Notes under the pieces: generated by a model
The model's database searches: none
What the model saw: only the letters and a program-made list of their open reading frames with translations
Told to the model about the DNA's origin: nothing
Shown: piece after piece, positions 49,485 to 59,611 of the stretch
Layout: each line of letters begins with the position of its first letter
Position numbering within the stretch: the stretch's first letter is position 1
Virus record (IMG/VR): IMGVR_UViG_3300025922_000012
Origin: an uncultured virus (IMG/VR IMGVR_UViG_3300025922_000012)
Lineage: Duplodnaviria; Heunggongvirae; Uroviricota; Caudoviricetes
Strand: one strand, 5' to 3'
Length of the DNA: 64,000 nt
Position numbers and translations under genes: made by a program

Positions 49485-49499
49485 TTTCGGCGCTCCTGT

Positions 49500-50060
49500 T
49501 CTATGTACGATCTGATCACCGTCTCAACTCCAAGGATCTGTTGCGTTGTCGCCAAGGCTCCAACGAAGAACTACGCGAATGAAAACTGCTTATCCGCCTG
49601 TTGTACTACGGGAACGTCAGGCTAATTCCTTAATCGCGTACTTCATCGGAACCGCTTGCGCGTTCCGAGTCCGAGATTTTGGCGAAGCAGCGCATCCCCG
49701 AAGGGACACCTGCAACGCCAGTCTCGTTCCGCGACGATTCCGGCCCATGTGAGGGGTGACAGCCCCACTCCATGACGCGCTAGACTTTGCCGGCCGCTGC
49801 ACGGTCGGATGCCCCGCTCTGGCGCTTCGCAGCCACGGTGCCGGGTTCGGCATTCCCCCAGATTCCCGGCTAAATATCACGACAGATCCCGCTGGTGGTT
49901 AGTTCCCGTCCAGAGCCTGCCGTGCGAAGTTTGGGATTGTCGAAGGCTGATGGTAGGATGGGTTCCGGGAAATCCCGGTTGTCCAAGCTGCTCGTCCCAG
50001 CTTCGGCGATCAACGGCTGGCCTTCGCAGGGCCGGCCGTTTCGTTTGTACGGCGTCCATC
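49500..50060 (-). ncRNA. Candidate large structured non-coding RNA
   Basis: At least eight hairpins, GNRA and UUCG tetraloops on minus strand, long-range complementarities; no convincing ORF. Confidence 0.55.
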
Positions 50061-50070
50061 TTCCGGCAAC

Positions 50071-50268
50071 TCAATCCTGAAAGTCAAATGGCGGCTGTTT
50101 CATGCGCCACGCGAAGTAGTCGGCCGACGACGGATCCGCGCCGACCCTTTCACATGCGGCCTTGAACTCTCGCCACTCAGACGAACTAATGAGGATCCGA
50201 TCCGTCCCACGGTCCCGGCTCATATTTTCGGAAACCCTCTTGAAATCATCTTCCGTGAACTTCATCAC
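50071..50268 (-). CDS. Hypothetical protein
   Basis: Coupled ORF. Confidence 0.5.
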   Translation of the reverse strand: MMKFTEDDFKRVSENMSRDRGTDRILISSSEWREFKAACERVGADPSSADYFAWRMKQPPFDFQD

Positions 50269-50516
50269 CAGATCCTATCTGGCGGCGCGTAGCAGCACAG
50301 TGCCATTAAGTGTGCCTTCCAACGCTTGATGTCGGTGACTTCGGTTTCCGACAACTCCGGCTTGGATCCCCCTGGACCGGAGACGCGCAAGCGATCCCCG
50401 TCAGGAGTCAACGCCAGATCCCGATCAAGGAGCCGATGGAATAAATTGAAAGCCTCTACAGGTACGTCGATTCCGCCGTTCGGGCCTTTGGCGAGGGAGA
50501 CGATCTCAGCGTCCAT
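50265..50516 (-). CDS. TubC-N-like small domain protein
   Basis: LALTPDGDRLRV...IKRWKAHLMAL; near primase-helicase. Confidence 0.55.
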   Translation of the reverse strand: MDAEIVSLAKGPNGGIDVPVEAFNLFHRLLDRDLALTPDGDRLRVSGPGGSKPELSETEVTDIKRWKAHLMALCCYAPPDRIW

Positions 50517-51552
50517 TTACAACATCCTCTGGAAACCATGCTTTCGCAATGTGGCGAGCGAGTGGTAGCGGGATCTTGGCGATGCGGGCTGAAGCGGCTT
50601 TGCGGGCGCTACTTCGTCCGCTCATTGACCCAATCTCGCCGCGAAACCACGCTGGCCCGCTTCCGCGCTGCTTGCACCCATCTGCGGCGTTGTTAATTGA
50701 GTTCTCCACCCCGCAATCGCGGCTCGTGAACCGCGCTCCTTTGCCGATGTCAGTGCGCCGCGTGCTGACCCAAACGGGGTTGATGCACGAACATAAATTG
50801 CACGGTTGATCGGGGTTGAAACCGTGTTCGCTCTCCGGATGCCCGCAGTCACAGATTCGATCTGTCTCCACTTTCACGGCGTCATTTGCGGCGCGCAGAT
50901 TACGTTCAGCGTGCCCATTGAACGCAAGGCCGGGACGATGCCTTGGATGATCTGGGGGATACCACCCCATGCCCATCGTCGCCACCTTAACGCCTTCATC
51001 GACCGCCTTTGAGCCACGCTCTTTGCTGTCTGCGATGGCGAACCAAGAGCCTTGAGGATGATTAGATCCATCAGGATTGAACTTCTGACGATGGCGCGGG
51101 ATCGGCATCAACGCCGGCACGTCTCCCCACAGGTAGAAGCTCCCGTAGTGCCAACGCGCACGGCCGACGTATTTCTGCGCCCCGCGCACGTTCTCCACCA
51201 CGAGCGGAATATCCCGGCCAGCCGCCTCAGATGCCTCTCGTTTGATCCGAAAGCACGCTTCAAATAAAGAGTTATCGGGGGGGGGCAAGGCTTTGGCGCG
51301 TTTCCACGGCATCGCCCGGTAACTATAGGCCTGACACGGAGGGCTGGCGACGATCAGCGCCGCGTCCCTGAGTTGTGAGCCGTGGATTGTCAGCACGTCT
51401 TGAATAACCAACTGCGCCGGATACCGTGCGTCTCCGTACGAGTGCTGTTCAATATCGAATCCGATGACGCGATAGCCTTCGGCGAGCAAGCCTTCGGTCC
51501 AGCCTCCAAGGCCGCAGAACAGATCGATCGCCAGCGGCTTAGAACTCGGCAC
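50506..51552 (-). CDS. C5-cytosine DNA methyltransferase
   Basis: IDLFCGLGGW (motif I), SPPCQ (IV), ENV (VI). Confidence 0.9.
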   Translation of the reverse strand: MPSSKPLAIDLFCGLGGWTEGLLAEGYRVIGFDIEQHSYGDARYPAQLVIQDVLTIHGSQLRDAALIVASPPCQAYSYRAMPWKRAKALPPPDNSLFEACFRIKREASEAAGRDIPLVVENVRGAQKYVGRARWHYGSFYLWGDVPALMPIPRHRQKFNPDGSNHPQGSWFAIADSKERGSKAVDEGVKVATMGMGWYPPDHPRHRPGLAFNGHAERNLRAANDAVKVETDRICDCGHPESEHGFNPDQPCNLCSCINPVWVSTRRTDIGKGARFTSRDCGVENSINNAADGCKQRGSGPAWFRGEIGSMSGRSSARKAASARIAKIPLPLARHIAKAWFPEDVVNGR

Positions 51553-53203
51553 TGTTATCGTCCGGTGTTTCCGGTGCGGGATCCGACGCGCTTGCTACTC
51601 CTACCTTGTTCCCCATGCGGATGAACTGGGATCTATGCCGCGCCAGCGTCCCCTTCACCATCGGCATTGTCGCATTCAATTCTTCGGAGATGGCTTTCAT
51701 GGTGAGCGGGCCTTGGATCAGAAGTTCCTTGATCCGATCCAAGAGCGGGAACCCGGCCGCAAGTTCCTCAACGTCCTTCAGATTGATTGCTTCAACGAGC
51801 GTGCGATCCCCTCGGAAGACCAACTTGAACCCTTTAGGTTGGAGGAGCGCCCCAACATTGGACTTCCGGTGGTACAGCCCAAACCGCAGTTCGCCGTTGG
51901 GATTCTCTGCTGCCCTGCTGATAAACCAAACAGAACGAGCCCCACATTTGAAGTAGATGCTGCCGAATATAGACGCTTCCCGGTTGTCGTCGTACTGCTT
52001 GGGGATGTGGGCGATGTTGAGGGATCCCACGCGCAACTGCCGGAGACACCTGAAGTATCCGGCCGCGCCTTCCTGGCTCTCCGCTGGCCCGTCTACGGCG
52101 AACCCAATCGAGTCGCAGATGATGTACTTGATCTTGTACTTCTGAATGATGTCGATCAGATGATCCGCTTCCTGCTTCAGTGAGTGCTCGCAGCGGATGT
52201 AATACAGGTTCTTCGGCATCGGTTGGAAGAGTTGCTTGAGTCGCTTTTTGTGCTCCGCCTGCGAGAACTCCCAATCGGCGTACAGAACTGGGATGTCTTG
52301 GTTTGCCAGCATCCCCGCGAGCCACATCGCCAACATCGACTTCCCGCTGGCGGCGTCTCCAAAAATGATCTGGGGGAGCTGTTGCAGGAGCGGGAACCCT
52401 TCGATCCGCCACGCCTCAGAATCTTCGTGCTCGTCCTCGACATCCGCCAGCACTTCAGCCGGTTTCCCTCTCCGCTCTGCGGCGATCACCGACGTGATGA
52501 AGTCTTCGAGGTTGCCGTACCAATCAAAACTCTTATCTCCGGCCCGCTCCGCTAACAACTTCGCCCGAGACGTACGCGTGGTCGTACTCGAAAAGTTCAT
52601 GTCTCCGATCTGGAGGATCCCATCTCCGAAGGTCTTAGCCTCCGCAAAGTGCCCGTTGACCCTGACGAGTAGTTCGCCGTGTAGTTCTTGGCTGGATCGC
52701 CGGAGTCGGTTGACTTCAAACACGATCCCTTCCGGCTGCAAGGTCAGGCTGTACCGTTGCTCGCCGTGCTCTTGGAAGTGACGGGGTGGAGGGGGGGCGA
52801 CTTCGATCTTCCGCGTGAGGGCTTCTGGCGGCAACGGCGCTAACAACGGCGTGGATCGAATCTTGGCTAACAGATCCTCCTTGCTGTACTCCGACAACTC
52901 CATCCCGAGTTGCACGACCCGCACGTCAATCCCGACCTTCTCCACCCCTCGACCGACCACGAACGCATGGGCGAGCGCGGCCGGTCCTGTCGCAATGACT
53001 GCCACCCGAGTGACGCGGGCATCCACGAGTTGATGCGCGAAGACCTGGACCCATCCCCCGACACCGGCAGGGCAACAGGTCGCCGGGAGGCCGAGTTTCC
53101 AGATCAGATCCGCTGAGGGGATGTCTTGCGCGAAGAGGACCGCCCGATGGATGGTGAGATCCTGAAGCCGGTAGACTTCGGGATCCACGTACTCATCGGT
53201 CAC
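51539..53203 (-). CDS. Replicative helicase (RepA/AAA_25-like) with degenerate N-terminal primase-like region
   Basis: GDAASGKS Walker A, YADWE, IICDS, IAH motifs; C-terminal HTH. Confidence 0.8.
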   Translation of the reverse strand: MTDEYVDPEVYRLQDLTIHRAVLFAQDIPSADLIWKLGLPATCCPAGVGGWVQVFAHQLVDARVTRVAVIATGPAALAHAFVVGRGVEKVGIDVRVVQLGMELSEYSKEDLLAKIRSTPLLAPLPPEALTRKIEVAPPPPRHFQEHGEQRYSLTLQPEGIVFEVNRLRRSSQELHGELLVRVNGHFAEAKTFGDGILQIGDMNFSSTTTRTSRAKLLAERAGDKSFDWYGNLEDFITSVIAAERRGKPAEVLADVEDEHEDSEAWRIEGFPLLQQLPQIIFGDAASGKSMLAMWLAGMLANQDIPVLYADWEFSQAEHKKRLKQLFQPMPKNLYYIRCEHSLKQEADHLIDIIQKYKIKYIICDSIGFAVDGPAESQEGAAGYFRCLRQLRVGSLNIAHIPKQYDDNREASIFGSIYFKCGARSVWFISRAAENPNGELRFGLYHRKSNVGALLQPKGFKLVFRGDRTLVEAINLKDVEELAAGFPLLDRIKELLIQGPLTMKAISEELNATMPMVKGTLARHRSQFIRMGNKVGVASASDPAPETPDDNSAEF

Positions 53204-53667
53204 GACCTATCCTCACGGTCAGGTTCAGGTGTTATTTGAGCGACCGCGTAATCTCCATCACTCGCATCTCCTTCAGTTCGTAGATTCCCACTGCGTCCCC
53301 GTGCTCCATTGAGTCCATCGTTTCCTCGGCCTGCAACCACGTCGATGCCTTGTCGTTCTGATCCGTCTCGCGCTTCACATAGATCCGCTTCGGGAGTGCC
53401 TTCTTTGCCATGTGTCTCTGTCTCCTGTTGGGTGCGTTGACGTTTTCGCAGGCGTCCGAGCGTGACCGCCACGGTGCCTGCACTCGTTCCTAGAATGCTC
53501 GCTATATCAATGGCCGATAGGTGTGTCTGCTCACTTAATAATCGAACGATCTCTATCTGCCCAAGGTGCTCGCGTAATTGCGCCGCCAAGAGCACGTTAG
53601 TGACCCGGATCTCATCGAGCAACCGATCAAATGGTGTCTGGTGAGTCTTCGGACCACGCTTTGCCAT
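53200..53667 (-). CDS. HTH DNA-binding protein
   Basis: LSAIDIASILGTSAGTVAVTLGRLRK; GGAG SD. Confidence 0.6.
   Translation of the reverse strand: MAKRGPKTHQTPFDRLLDEIRVTNVLLAAQLREHLGQIEIVRLLSEQTHLSAIDIASILGTSAGTVAVTLGRLRKRQRTQQETETHGKEGTPEADLCEARDGSERQGIDVVAGRGNDGLNGARGRSGNLRTEGDASDGDYAVAQITPEPDREDRS
53232..53411 (-). CDS. Small protein nested in alternative frame
   Basis: AGGAG SD then MAKKALPKRIYVKRE...VGIYELKE. Confidence 0.55.
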   Translation of the reverse strand: MAKKALPKRIYVKRETDQNDKASTWLQAEETMDSMEHGDAVGIYELKEMRVMEITRSLK

Positions 53668-53681
53668 TTAATAACTCCCAC

Positions 53682-54092
53682 TCAACTGACGTACTCGCGC
53701 TCAATCGTTCCGTCTTTCCGAAAGAGCGTGAACTTGATCCGCTTCGTCGCATCCAAGGCCGGTTCGCCGGTCAAGGGATCCGTCAACTTCAAACGGTAGC
53801 CGCCTCTGGCATCACTCAGCGCGTGCTCCCAAGCGGACATCAGCAGGCAATTTGTAGGGTCCATAGACCGTGAGGGCTCAGACCCTCTGCTTTGCACGTG
53901 GCAGACTTCGCCTCTCAGCACGTCAATCGCATGGCCCCGTTGCAGGATTGATCCACTGGCACGGCTCCGGCCTCCGTCTCGTTCCCAGATGCGATCCCGC
54001 AAGGCTCTGCGGCGTGCATGTTCTCTAGCCCGTTTCTCTTTTTTGGAGAGCCCCGTGCGCTTGGGGTGGGCTAACTGCTGCGTGTCCATCAC
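53682..54092 (-). CDS. HNH-like protein
   Basis: IWERDGG...EVCHVQSRG...NCLLMSAWEH (degenerate Zn ligands). Confidence 0.55.
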   Translation of the reverse strand: MMDTQQLAHPKRTGLSKKEKRAREHARRRALRDRIWERDGGRSRASGSILQRGHAIDVLRGEVCHVQSRGSEPSRSMDPTNCLLMSAWEHALSDARGGYRLKLTDPLTGEPALDATKRIKFTLFRKDGTIEREYVS

Positions 54093-54733
54093 GCGCCGAG
54101 TTCCGCCAGCGCGTAGTCACGAGCGCGATTCAAGTGCGCCATCTCAATATCGGATCCGCCGAGATCGGGATGATGCTTTTTGGCGGATTGCTTGTAGGCC
54201 GCATCAACTTGATCGGCGGAGGGATTGCTGTCAGCGCCGAACCCAAAGACTGCCCGCCAGTTGGCAGCGGTATCGGCAGGGAGCGCCTTGTAGCCCGACA
54301 ACGCCTGCTCAATGGTCCCCACCCCGTACCGTTCGATCCGTCGCAAGGCGTCAATGTGCGCGGCCAACGCGGCGATGTTATCGGCCACCCTGACGTAGCG
54401 GTCGCAGGCTAATACCGTTGCCTTCCCACGGAACCGGAAGTAGACGGCGGCTCCAGGATCGGACGGATCCTCCAAGCGTGAATCTGGACGCCCATCCAAT
54501 CGGAGACGGACGTTCGTTGAGAGCGTGGCTCCTTCGCCACCGATCAGTTCGATCTGTCGTTCCAATCGCTCCGTGGATTCGTTACCTGAGACAGCCTTCT
54601 GGCGTTTCAGATCCCCGATCTTGACCGTCTTGGTAAAGGATGCGCTCCGCTCACGCTTATTTGGTGGTGTGCGCTTCCAACCCAACGGCCATTCCAAAGG
54701 CCATCGGCTGACGGCTTCAGGCGCAGGATTCAT
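54089..54733 (-). CDS. J-domain (DnaJ-like) phage protein
   Basis: AYKQSAKKHHPDLGG...LNRARD; N-terminal WPLEWPLGWKRT, DPGAAVYF, ACDRY. Confidence 0.85.
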   Translation of the reverse strand: MNPAPEAVSRWPLEWPLGWKRTPPNKRERSASFTKTVKIGDLKRQKAVSGNESTERLERQIELIGGEGATLSTNVRLRLDGRPDSRLEDPSDPGAAVYFRFRGKATVLACDRYVRVADNIAALAAHIDALRRIERYGVGTIEQALSGYKALPADTAANWRAVFGFGADSNPSADQVDAAYKQSAKKHHPDLGGSDIEMAHLNRARDYALAELGA

Positions 54734-54860
54734 GACAACCCCCACGCGCTCACGCCGACGATGAGAAGGCAGAGCATCGGATGCGCTTCGGCAAATCCGG
54801 CGAGCACGCTGATCAGGGACACGACGGCGGCGAGGATACCGATGGCTTCGCGGATCATCG

Positions 54861-55148
54861 CTACTCCCACCCGTATTCGTCACTCACTGATTCCATCAGG
54901 AGCGTCAGTGTCGGTTCGGTAATCACGGCGACCGGTGCTCCATATACCCAGACTTGCTCGTGGAAAGCGTCCTCGCTGAACCACACCAGCCCGTTGAAGT
55001 TCCATCCGGCGTGGCGTCCCCAGCCTCCCTCGCGGAGATGCTGTTCAAATCCTTCCTCGATCTCATGGTCGCAGTTCGACATGCCGGTTTCGCCGGGCCA
55101 GACGCGCTCAGGGAGAAAGTCGGGCACTACTGCTGTTTGTGATGTCAT
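54861..55148 (-). CDS. Hypothetical protein
   Basis: MSNCDHEIE...HAGWNFNGLVW. Confidence 0.55.
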   Translation of the reverse strand: MTSQTAVVPDFLPERVWPGETGMSNCDHEIEEGFEQHLREGGWGRHAGWNFNGLVWFSEDAFHEQVWVYGAPVAVITEPTLTLLMESVSDEYGWE

Positions 55149-56959
55149 GCGACACTCCGCTCGCTGATGTTGGATCCCTTGTCATCGGCGAGACGACTGA
55201 GACGGTACGCGATCACACCCGGCATCTTCGGCAACGCCTGATTCGGCTCTCTCGTTCCGAGAATGAGGATCTGATCCAGTGGAGCCTTCAGCAACATGCT
55301 GGTGACGGCCTGCCGGTTGTCATGGGAAAGCATGTCGATTTCATCCACGATGGCGAAGTTGAGCCCCGACATCATAGCGATCCCCATCTGTAATGCAATC
55401 CCGATCCGATACCGTTCCGAGCGGCTGTAGGTTTCGACCGGGCGACCGTTGGCGAATGTCATCCACGGATCCACCGAGAACGTGATCGTCCAACCGAACG
55501 GCTGCACGTAGGGATTCACCGCCGCCTCGAACTTCCCCATCGCCTCGGCGAGCGCCTGGACGCGGATCCCGTTCGGCCCCAACTGTTCGACCAAACTTTC
55601 TAAGCGATCCACTTCGGCTTTCTGGATCTGCTGCCGCTTGACCGCATCGTCGTACGTTTCGACGGCGTGCCAGTAGATCCGCGCGTTCTTCAACAGTTCC
55701 TCGCCTTTGCCGATCCGAATCTGAAGCGTGGCGATCTCGGCATCCTGCGTAGCCGTTTGCGGGAGCGCGTCAAGTTCTTGACGGATCTCCTCCGCCCGCT
55801 GTTCAGCCAGATCCCGACCCTTGATCAGCATTTGCCGATTGTGTTGGTGGATCTCTAATCCGTGGATCTGATTCCGAATCGTCGTCAGGGGGCTCTCTGT
55901 GACCGTCTGGGCCGACTTCTCCGGCTTGGGGTCCAGAGCCTTCAGCTCCGCCACCATCTCCGCTAGTCGGTCGCTGAACGCCTTGGCTGGCGTTTTACAC
56001 GGGATCCCCGGATCGAACACGCACTTGTTCGAGGGCTCGTAATTCTGGAGCTGTTGGACCTTTGGCCGCAGGTAGGCCAGTTGGGCGACGGCATCCCCCT
56101 TTTTTGGAGCCTCCCCATGCTGTATCGGTACCACGGCCGCTTCCAGACTCGCCAGTTTGGCTTGGAGGCCGTCGATTTGTCCGGAGAGGTCTTCCCCCAC
56201 CGCCTGATTCAAGACGGCCTGTAGCCGCTCCTGTTCCCCCTGAAGGCTCTGCCGGCGACCGCTGACGGATCCGACCACCTTCTGCAAGGCTCCGAGATCC
56301 ATCCGCAATTTGCCCAACTGATCCTCGATTGCCTGGATCGTCGGCATCTGCCCTTGGGGTTTGTCCGGTACGACGCAGGACGCCAGTACCTTCTTGGCGG
56401 CTTTCCGATCCTCGAAGGCTTGCTTGTAGTGCATGTCCAGTTCGTCAAGGGTGTAGGTGATGATCCGCTCCGAATGTTCAGCGGTCAACGGTTCACGGAT
56501 CTCGAACTGCACCCCGAGCAGGGACAGCACCATCGCCTTGGCTTCGACGTGATTCAGATCAAGGAACGCCTCGGTCGAAAGTACCGCCCGTAGGAACTCC
56601 GGCGTGGTGTTCAACTTGTTGTAGAGGGCTTGTTGCTGGATCTGACCCGTGCCGGTCATGCCCTGCACGGAAAAGGATCCGCCGCCCTTCTCCGCATAGG
56701 CGCGACTCACTTTTCCGATCCCTTCGATCGTCACGGCGGCTTCGGCGATCTTGCCGCCTTCAGGGATCAGAACCTCAGCACCCGCCCCCCGCGCATCCGT
56801 GAGGCTAGAGCAGCCGGTTAAAACCCACGTGATCGCTTCCGCCACCGAGGTCTTGCCGGATCCGTTCAATCCAGCGAATAAGAGCCGGGGTGCGTCCAAG
56901 GGCACGGTAGTACCACGGAAGCTCCGGAAGTTCGTCAGATCCAAGTGTGTTAGTTTCAT
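55145..56959 (-). CDS. SMC/Rad50-like ATPase
   Basis: NFRSF, GLNGSGKTS, long coiled coil, YSRSE signature, IVDEID. Confidence 0.85.
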   Translation of the reverse strand: MKLTHLDLTNFRSFRGTTVPLDAPRLLFAGLNGSGKTSVAEAITWVLTGCSSLTDARGAGAEVLIPEGGKIAEAAVTIEGIGKVSRAYAEKGGGSFSVQGMTGTGQIQQQALYNKLNTTPEFLRAVLSTEAFLDLNHVEAKAMVLSLLGVQFEIREPLTAEHSERIITYTLDELDMHYKQAFEDRKAAKKVLASCVVPDKPQGQMPTIQAIEDQLGKLRMDLGALQKVVGSVSGRRQSLQGEQERLQAVLNQAVGEDLSGQIDGLQAKLASLEAAVVPIQHGEAPKKGDAVAQLAYLRPKVQQLQNYEPSNKCVFDPGIPCKTPAKAFSDRLAEMVAELKALDPKPEKSAQTVTESPLTTIRNQIHGLEIHQHNRQMLIKGRDLAEQRAEEIRQELDALPQTATQDAEIATLQIRIGKGEELLKNARIYWHAVETYDDAVKRQQIQKAEVDRLESLVEQLGPNGIRVQALAEAMGKFEAAVNPYVQPFGWTITFSVDPWMTFANGRPVETYSRSERYRIGIALQMGIAMMSGLNFAIVDEIDMLSHDNRQAVTSMLLKAPLDQILILGTREPNQALPKMPGVIAYRLSRLADDKGSNISERSVA

Positions 56960-57085
56960 CGGACTCCTTCAGCGTCCAGCCCGTCGATCGGCATCCACAA
57001 TCCGGGCAGGACAAATAGATTTCGGTGTCGGCGAAGACCGGCATCGCCGCTGCGTGTCGGTAGAGCAACGCGCAGATCCACGGGT

Positions 57086-57693
57086 TCAATGCGTCACCTC
57101 GTCAATCGGTGTGGTGTCACGGCCTTCCAGATACAGCGAGACGAGTTGTTCGATCCAGTCGGCGGCCAGTTCATCGCCCATTTCATCTAACAAGCAATTC
57201 ACGAAGACGCCGACTGCGCCGATCCACGCGATCTCTACGCCTTGCTCGTCAAACTCGGACTTCCACTGCCGGAGGGCATCTGCGAGGAGTTGCTTTGCCC
57301 GTTCGTGGGGTACTTCGAGACGTGGAGGCAACTTGCCGTTCATTTCAAACCGGCCCTATCCCGCCACGCGCGGATCTTCATCCCAGACGTGGGATTGATC
57401 GCGCCGTCGCGTTCGGCTTCGTCTGGCCGATTCCACATCCACAGGATCGAATCAAAAGCGTTCGTGAGATCCGCCGCGAGGATGTTCAGGGCCGTGAGAT
57501 GTCCCCGACCGTCACGGAGTTCTTCCGCAGGGATCGGCACGAAGCAATAGATCCCGGCATCAGATCCGACGAAGGCCGTCACCAGTAACCCCGGCATCCC
57601 ATCTCGTTCCGCTTGGGCGATGGAGAGCTTCGACAATTCCATCGTCCACGGCTTTTCTTGCTCGTCTGGAACGGGTGGTATTTCGTAGGTCAT
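57086..57693 (-). other. Two small hypothetical genes (57086-57343, 57340-57693)
   Basis: ATGA-coupled ORFs. Confidence 0.55.
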
Positions 57694-57730
57694 TTCATCT
57701 CCCGCATACAGGCGTAGATTTCGGCGAGGT

Positions 57731-58282
57731 TCATGGGAGCACCCTGTAGCCAGATACTTTAGCGCCGCGCTTCCTTAGGATTAGGCGCTTCGCAGCGCGA
57801 TCTCTTGCGCGTCGGCACGTCAGGCACACGCGCATGGGCTTAGATTGTCTCATCTGAACTCCAAGATTTGCTCCTGAAAGCGGATGCCCACGCTTGCAGT
57901 GCGTTGGATTTCGATGGCCTATTGGACGCCCTTTTCGTAATCCATCAGCGATGTTGTCTGCACATGTTCCTAAGAATAAATGGTCAGGGCGCACGCAGAT
58001 CGGGTTGTCGCAGTGATGGCATACGAAGAGGCCGTCTGGAATGGGGCCGTTATGAAGTTCCCACGACACTCTATGAGCCCGCAGTGGCGGATCAGATCCA
58101 CCTGGGGCTCCAAGCAGCCCGTACGGAAACGCCTCGTCGTGAACCGCTCCGGTCCAAAGCCAACACGCCTCAGTTTTGTTAACTTTTGCCCAGAAGCGCA
58201 CCGAAAGCGGCGTGCGCTTATGTAGGCGAGGCCCGCGTTTCTTTCCGGGTATTCTCGGATAAACACCCTTAGGCATCTTCAT
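57731..58282 (-). CDS. HNH homing endonuclease
   Basis: RFWAKV...CWLWTG...AHRVSW...VCHHCDNPICVRPDHL. Confidence 0.9.
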   Translation of the reverse strand: MKMPKGVYPRIPGKKRGPRLHKRTPLSVRFWAKVNKTEACWLWTGAVHDEAFPYGLLGAPGGSDPPLRAHRVSWELHNGPIPDGLFVCHHCDNPICVRPDHLFLGTCADNIADGLRKGRPIGHRNPTHCKRGHPLSGANLGVQMRQSKPMRVCLTCRRARDRAAKRLILRKRGAKVSGYRVLP

Positions 58283-59393
58283 CCTCTTCCCCGGCTTTTT
58301 TGGCTGTAAACCTGTAGGACTCCTTCGTTTGCTGAAATGGAATCAGGTCATCTTGGACTTTTGGGTACGCCTTGAACATCTTGGCAAGGCTGGACTGCGA
58401 GAGCGTGAGCCCGAAGTTGTCGTTGCCGAGCGCGGCAGAGTCCTTATCCACGCCGTTCTTCCGCATCGCATCTCGGACCGCATCTACCGGATAGATCCGC
58501 GACACGACCGGCCGGTTATCCCAGACCACCCCGCCGATGTCACAGGGACCATAGACCGCGCAGCCTTCCTTCATCAACTTCTTCAACTCTCGGATCTTCT
58601 TCTCGGCCGGGAGCAACCACGCCCCGAGCTTCATCCACTGTTCCGGCGTCAACCGCTTCGGCATGACGAGTTGGTTGTCTGCGACGGGACAGGCCAAGGT
58701 ACAAAATCGGCAGCTTGGCCCTGGTATCGCCGGCCATTCCCCGGTCGCCTTGGCGTGTTCGATCGTCGCAATCGCCGCTGCGATCTCCACGTCCACCGAA
58801 TCCAATTCCTCCGGCGTGTAACTGACCGTCACGCGCTTGTTGAAGCGGATCGCGTAGAGCGTGAAGTAATACCGGCTGAAGTTCGGGAATCGATCCCGTG
58901 CGTACCGGCTGTACACCCGCGCCTGAAAGTTCCCCTTGAGTTCGTCTTCGGTCAGGGGCGGATGCCATCCGGATTTGTCGTCTACGATCTCCAACCCGTT
59001 GCCCTGACACGTCTGCACAAGATCCGGCGTCCAGCGAACCCGATCGTTCGTCCCATGCACTTCGGCGGCAATGAACCGTTCCGGATCAAACTCAAATCGC
59101 TCTGCGTGGAAGTTCCACACCTGTTGCAGTTCTGGCAGCAACCGTGGGGGGCATGCCGACAGCGCCGCCCCTTCGATGAACGCAGCCTTGGCTTCTTCCG
59201 CATCCTGCGTCAGTTGTCCGGCGACCAGTCGCTCAAGGTAGCAATGCTTGATCTGGGCGAAGGCTTGCCCAAAGAGAGCCAGATCGCTGGAGTCATCCGC
59301 GAGATCGATCCAGATACTGCGGTACCTGTGCAAGCACCCGTCCGAGATCGCCTCCAGTTCGGAGCGTCGATAGACCGTGAGTTCCTGAGTCAT
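58269..59393 (-). CDS. PD-(D/E)XK exonuclease (RecB/Cas4-like)
   Basis: PDLV...IVDDKSG...QARVY; CRFC...C; adjacent to RecT. Confidence 0.8.
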   Translation of the reverse strand: MTQELTVYRRSELEAISDGCLHRYRSIWIDLADDSSDLALFGQAFAQIKHCYLERLVAGQLTQDAEEAKAAFIEGAALSACPPRLLPELQQVWNFHAERFEFDPERFIAAEVHGTNDRVRWTPDLVQTCQGNGLEIVDDKSGWHPPLTEDELKGNFQARVYSRYARDRFPNFSRYYFTLYAIRFNKRVTVSYTPEELDSVDVEIAAAIATIEHAKATGEWPAIPGPSCRFCTLACPVADNQLVMPKRLTPEQWMKLGAWLLPAEKKIRELKKLMKEGCAVYGPCDIGGVVWDNRPVVSRIYPVDAVRDAMRKNGVDKDSAALGNDNFGLTLSQSSLAKMFKAYPKVQDDLIPFQQTKESYRFTAKKAGEEDEDA

Positions 59394-59611
59394 GGCTTGA
59401 CCCACGCGCCGACAGGAGCAGTCCTGACCAGATTTCTTCCTGTACCAGCGTTCCTATGTGCGTGGTTCCAATCAATATCGATCACGATATTCTTCTCTGT
59501 GATCTTACGAACCGTGCCTGACAAATACAGATCCTCAGGACGGCCGTCCCGCAGGGACTTTCGTAGTACGTAGAACACGCGATCTCCGACTGCGAACGTA
59601 TCGCCGGTCAA
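59390..59611 (-). CDS. Hypothetical SH3-like protein
   Basis: FAVGDRVFY. Confidence 0.5.
   Translation of the reverse strand: MTGDTFAVGDRVFYVLRKSLRDGRPEDLYLSGTVRKITEKNIVIDIDWNHAHRNAGTGRNLVRTAPVGAWVKP

Noticed and set aside
49500..50060. Group I/II intron or protein-coding ORFs (49617-49880, 49877-50074)
   Set aside because: Flanking genes appear intact; no recognisable intron core; ORFs lack SD and protein-like composition
46547..56959. Complete Wadjet system
   Set aside because: JetD-like and SMC-like genes are on opposite strands 8 kb apart with no kleisin/KITE genes recognised
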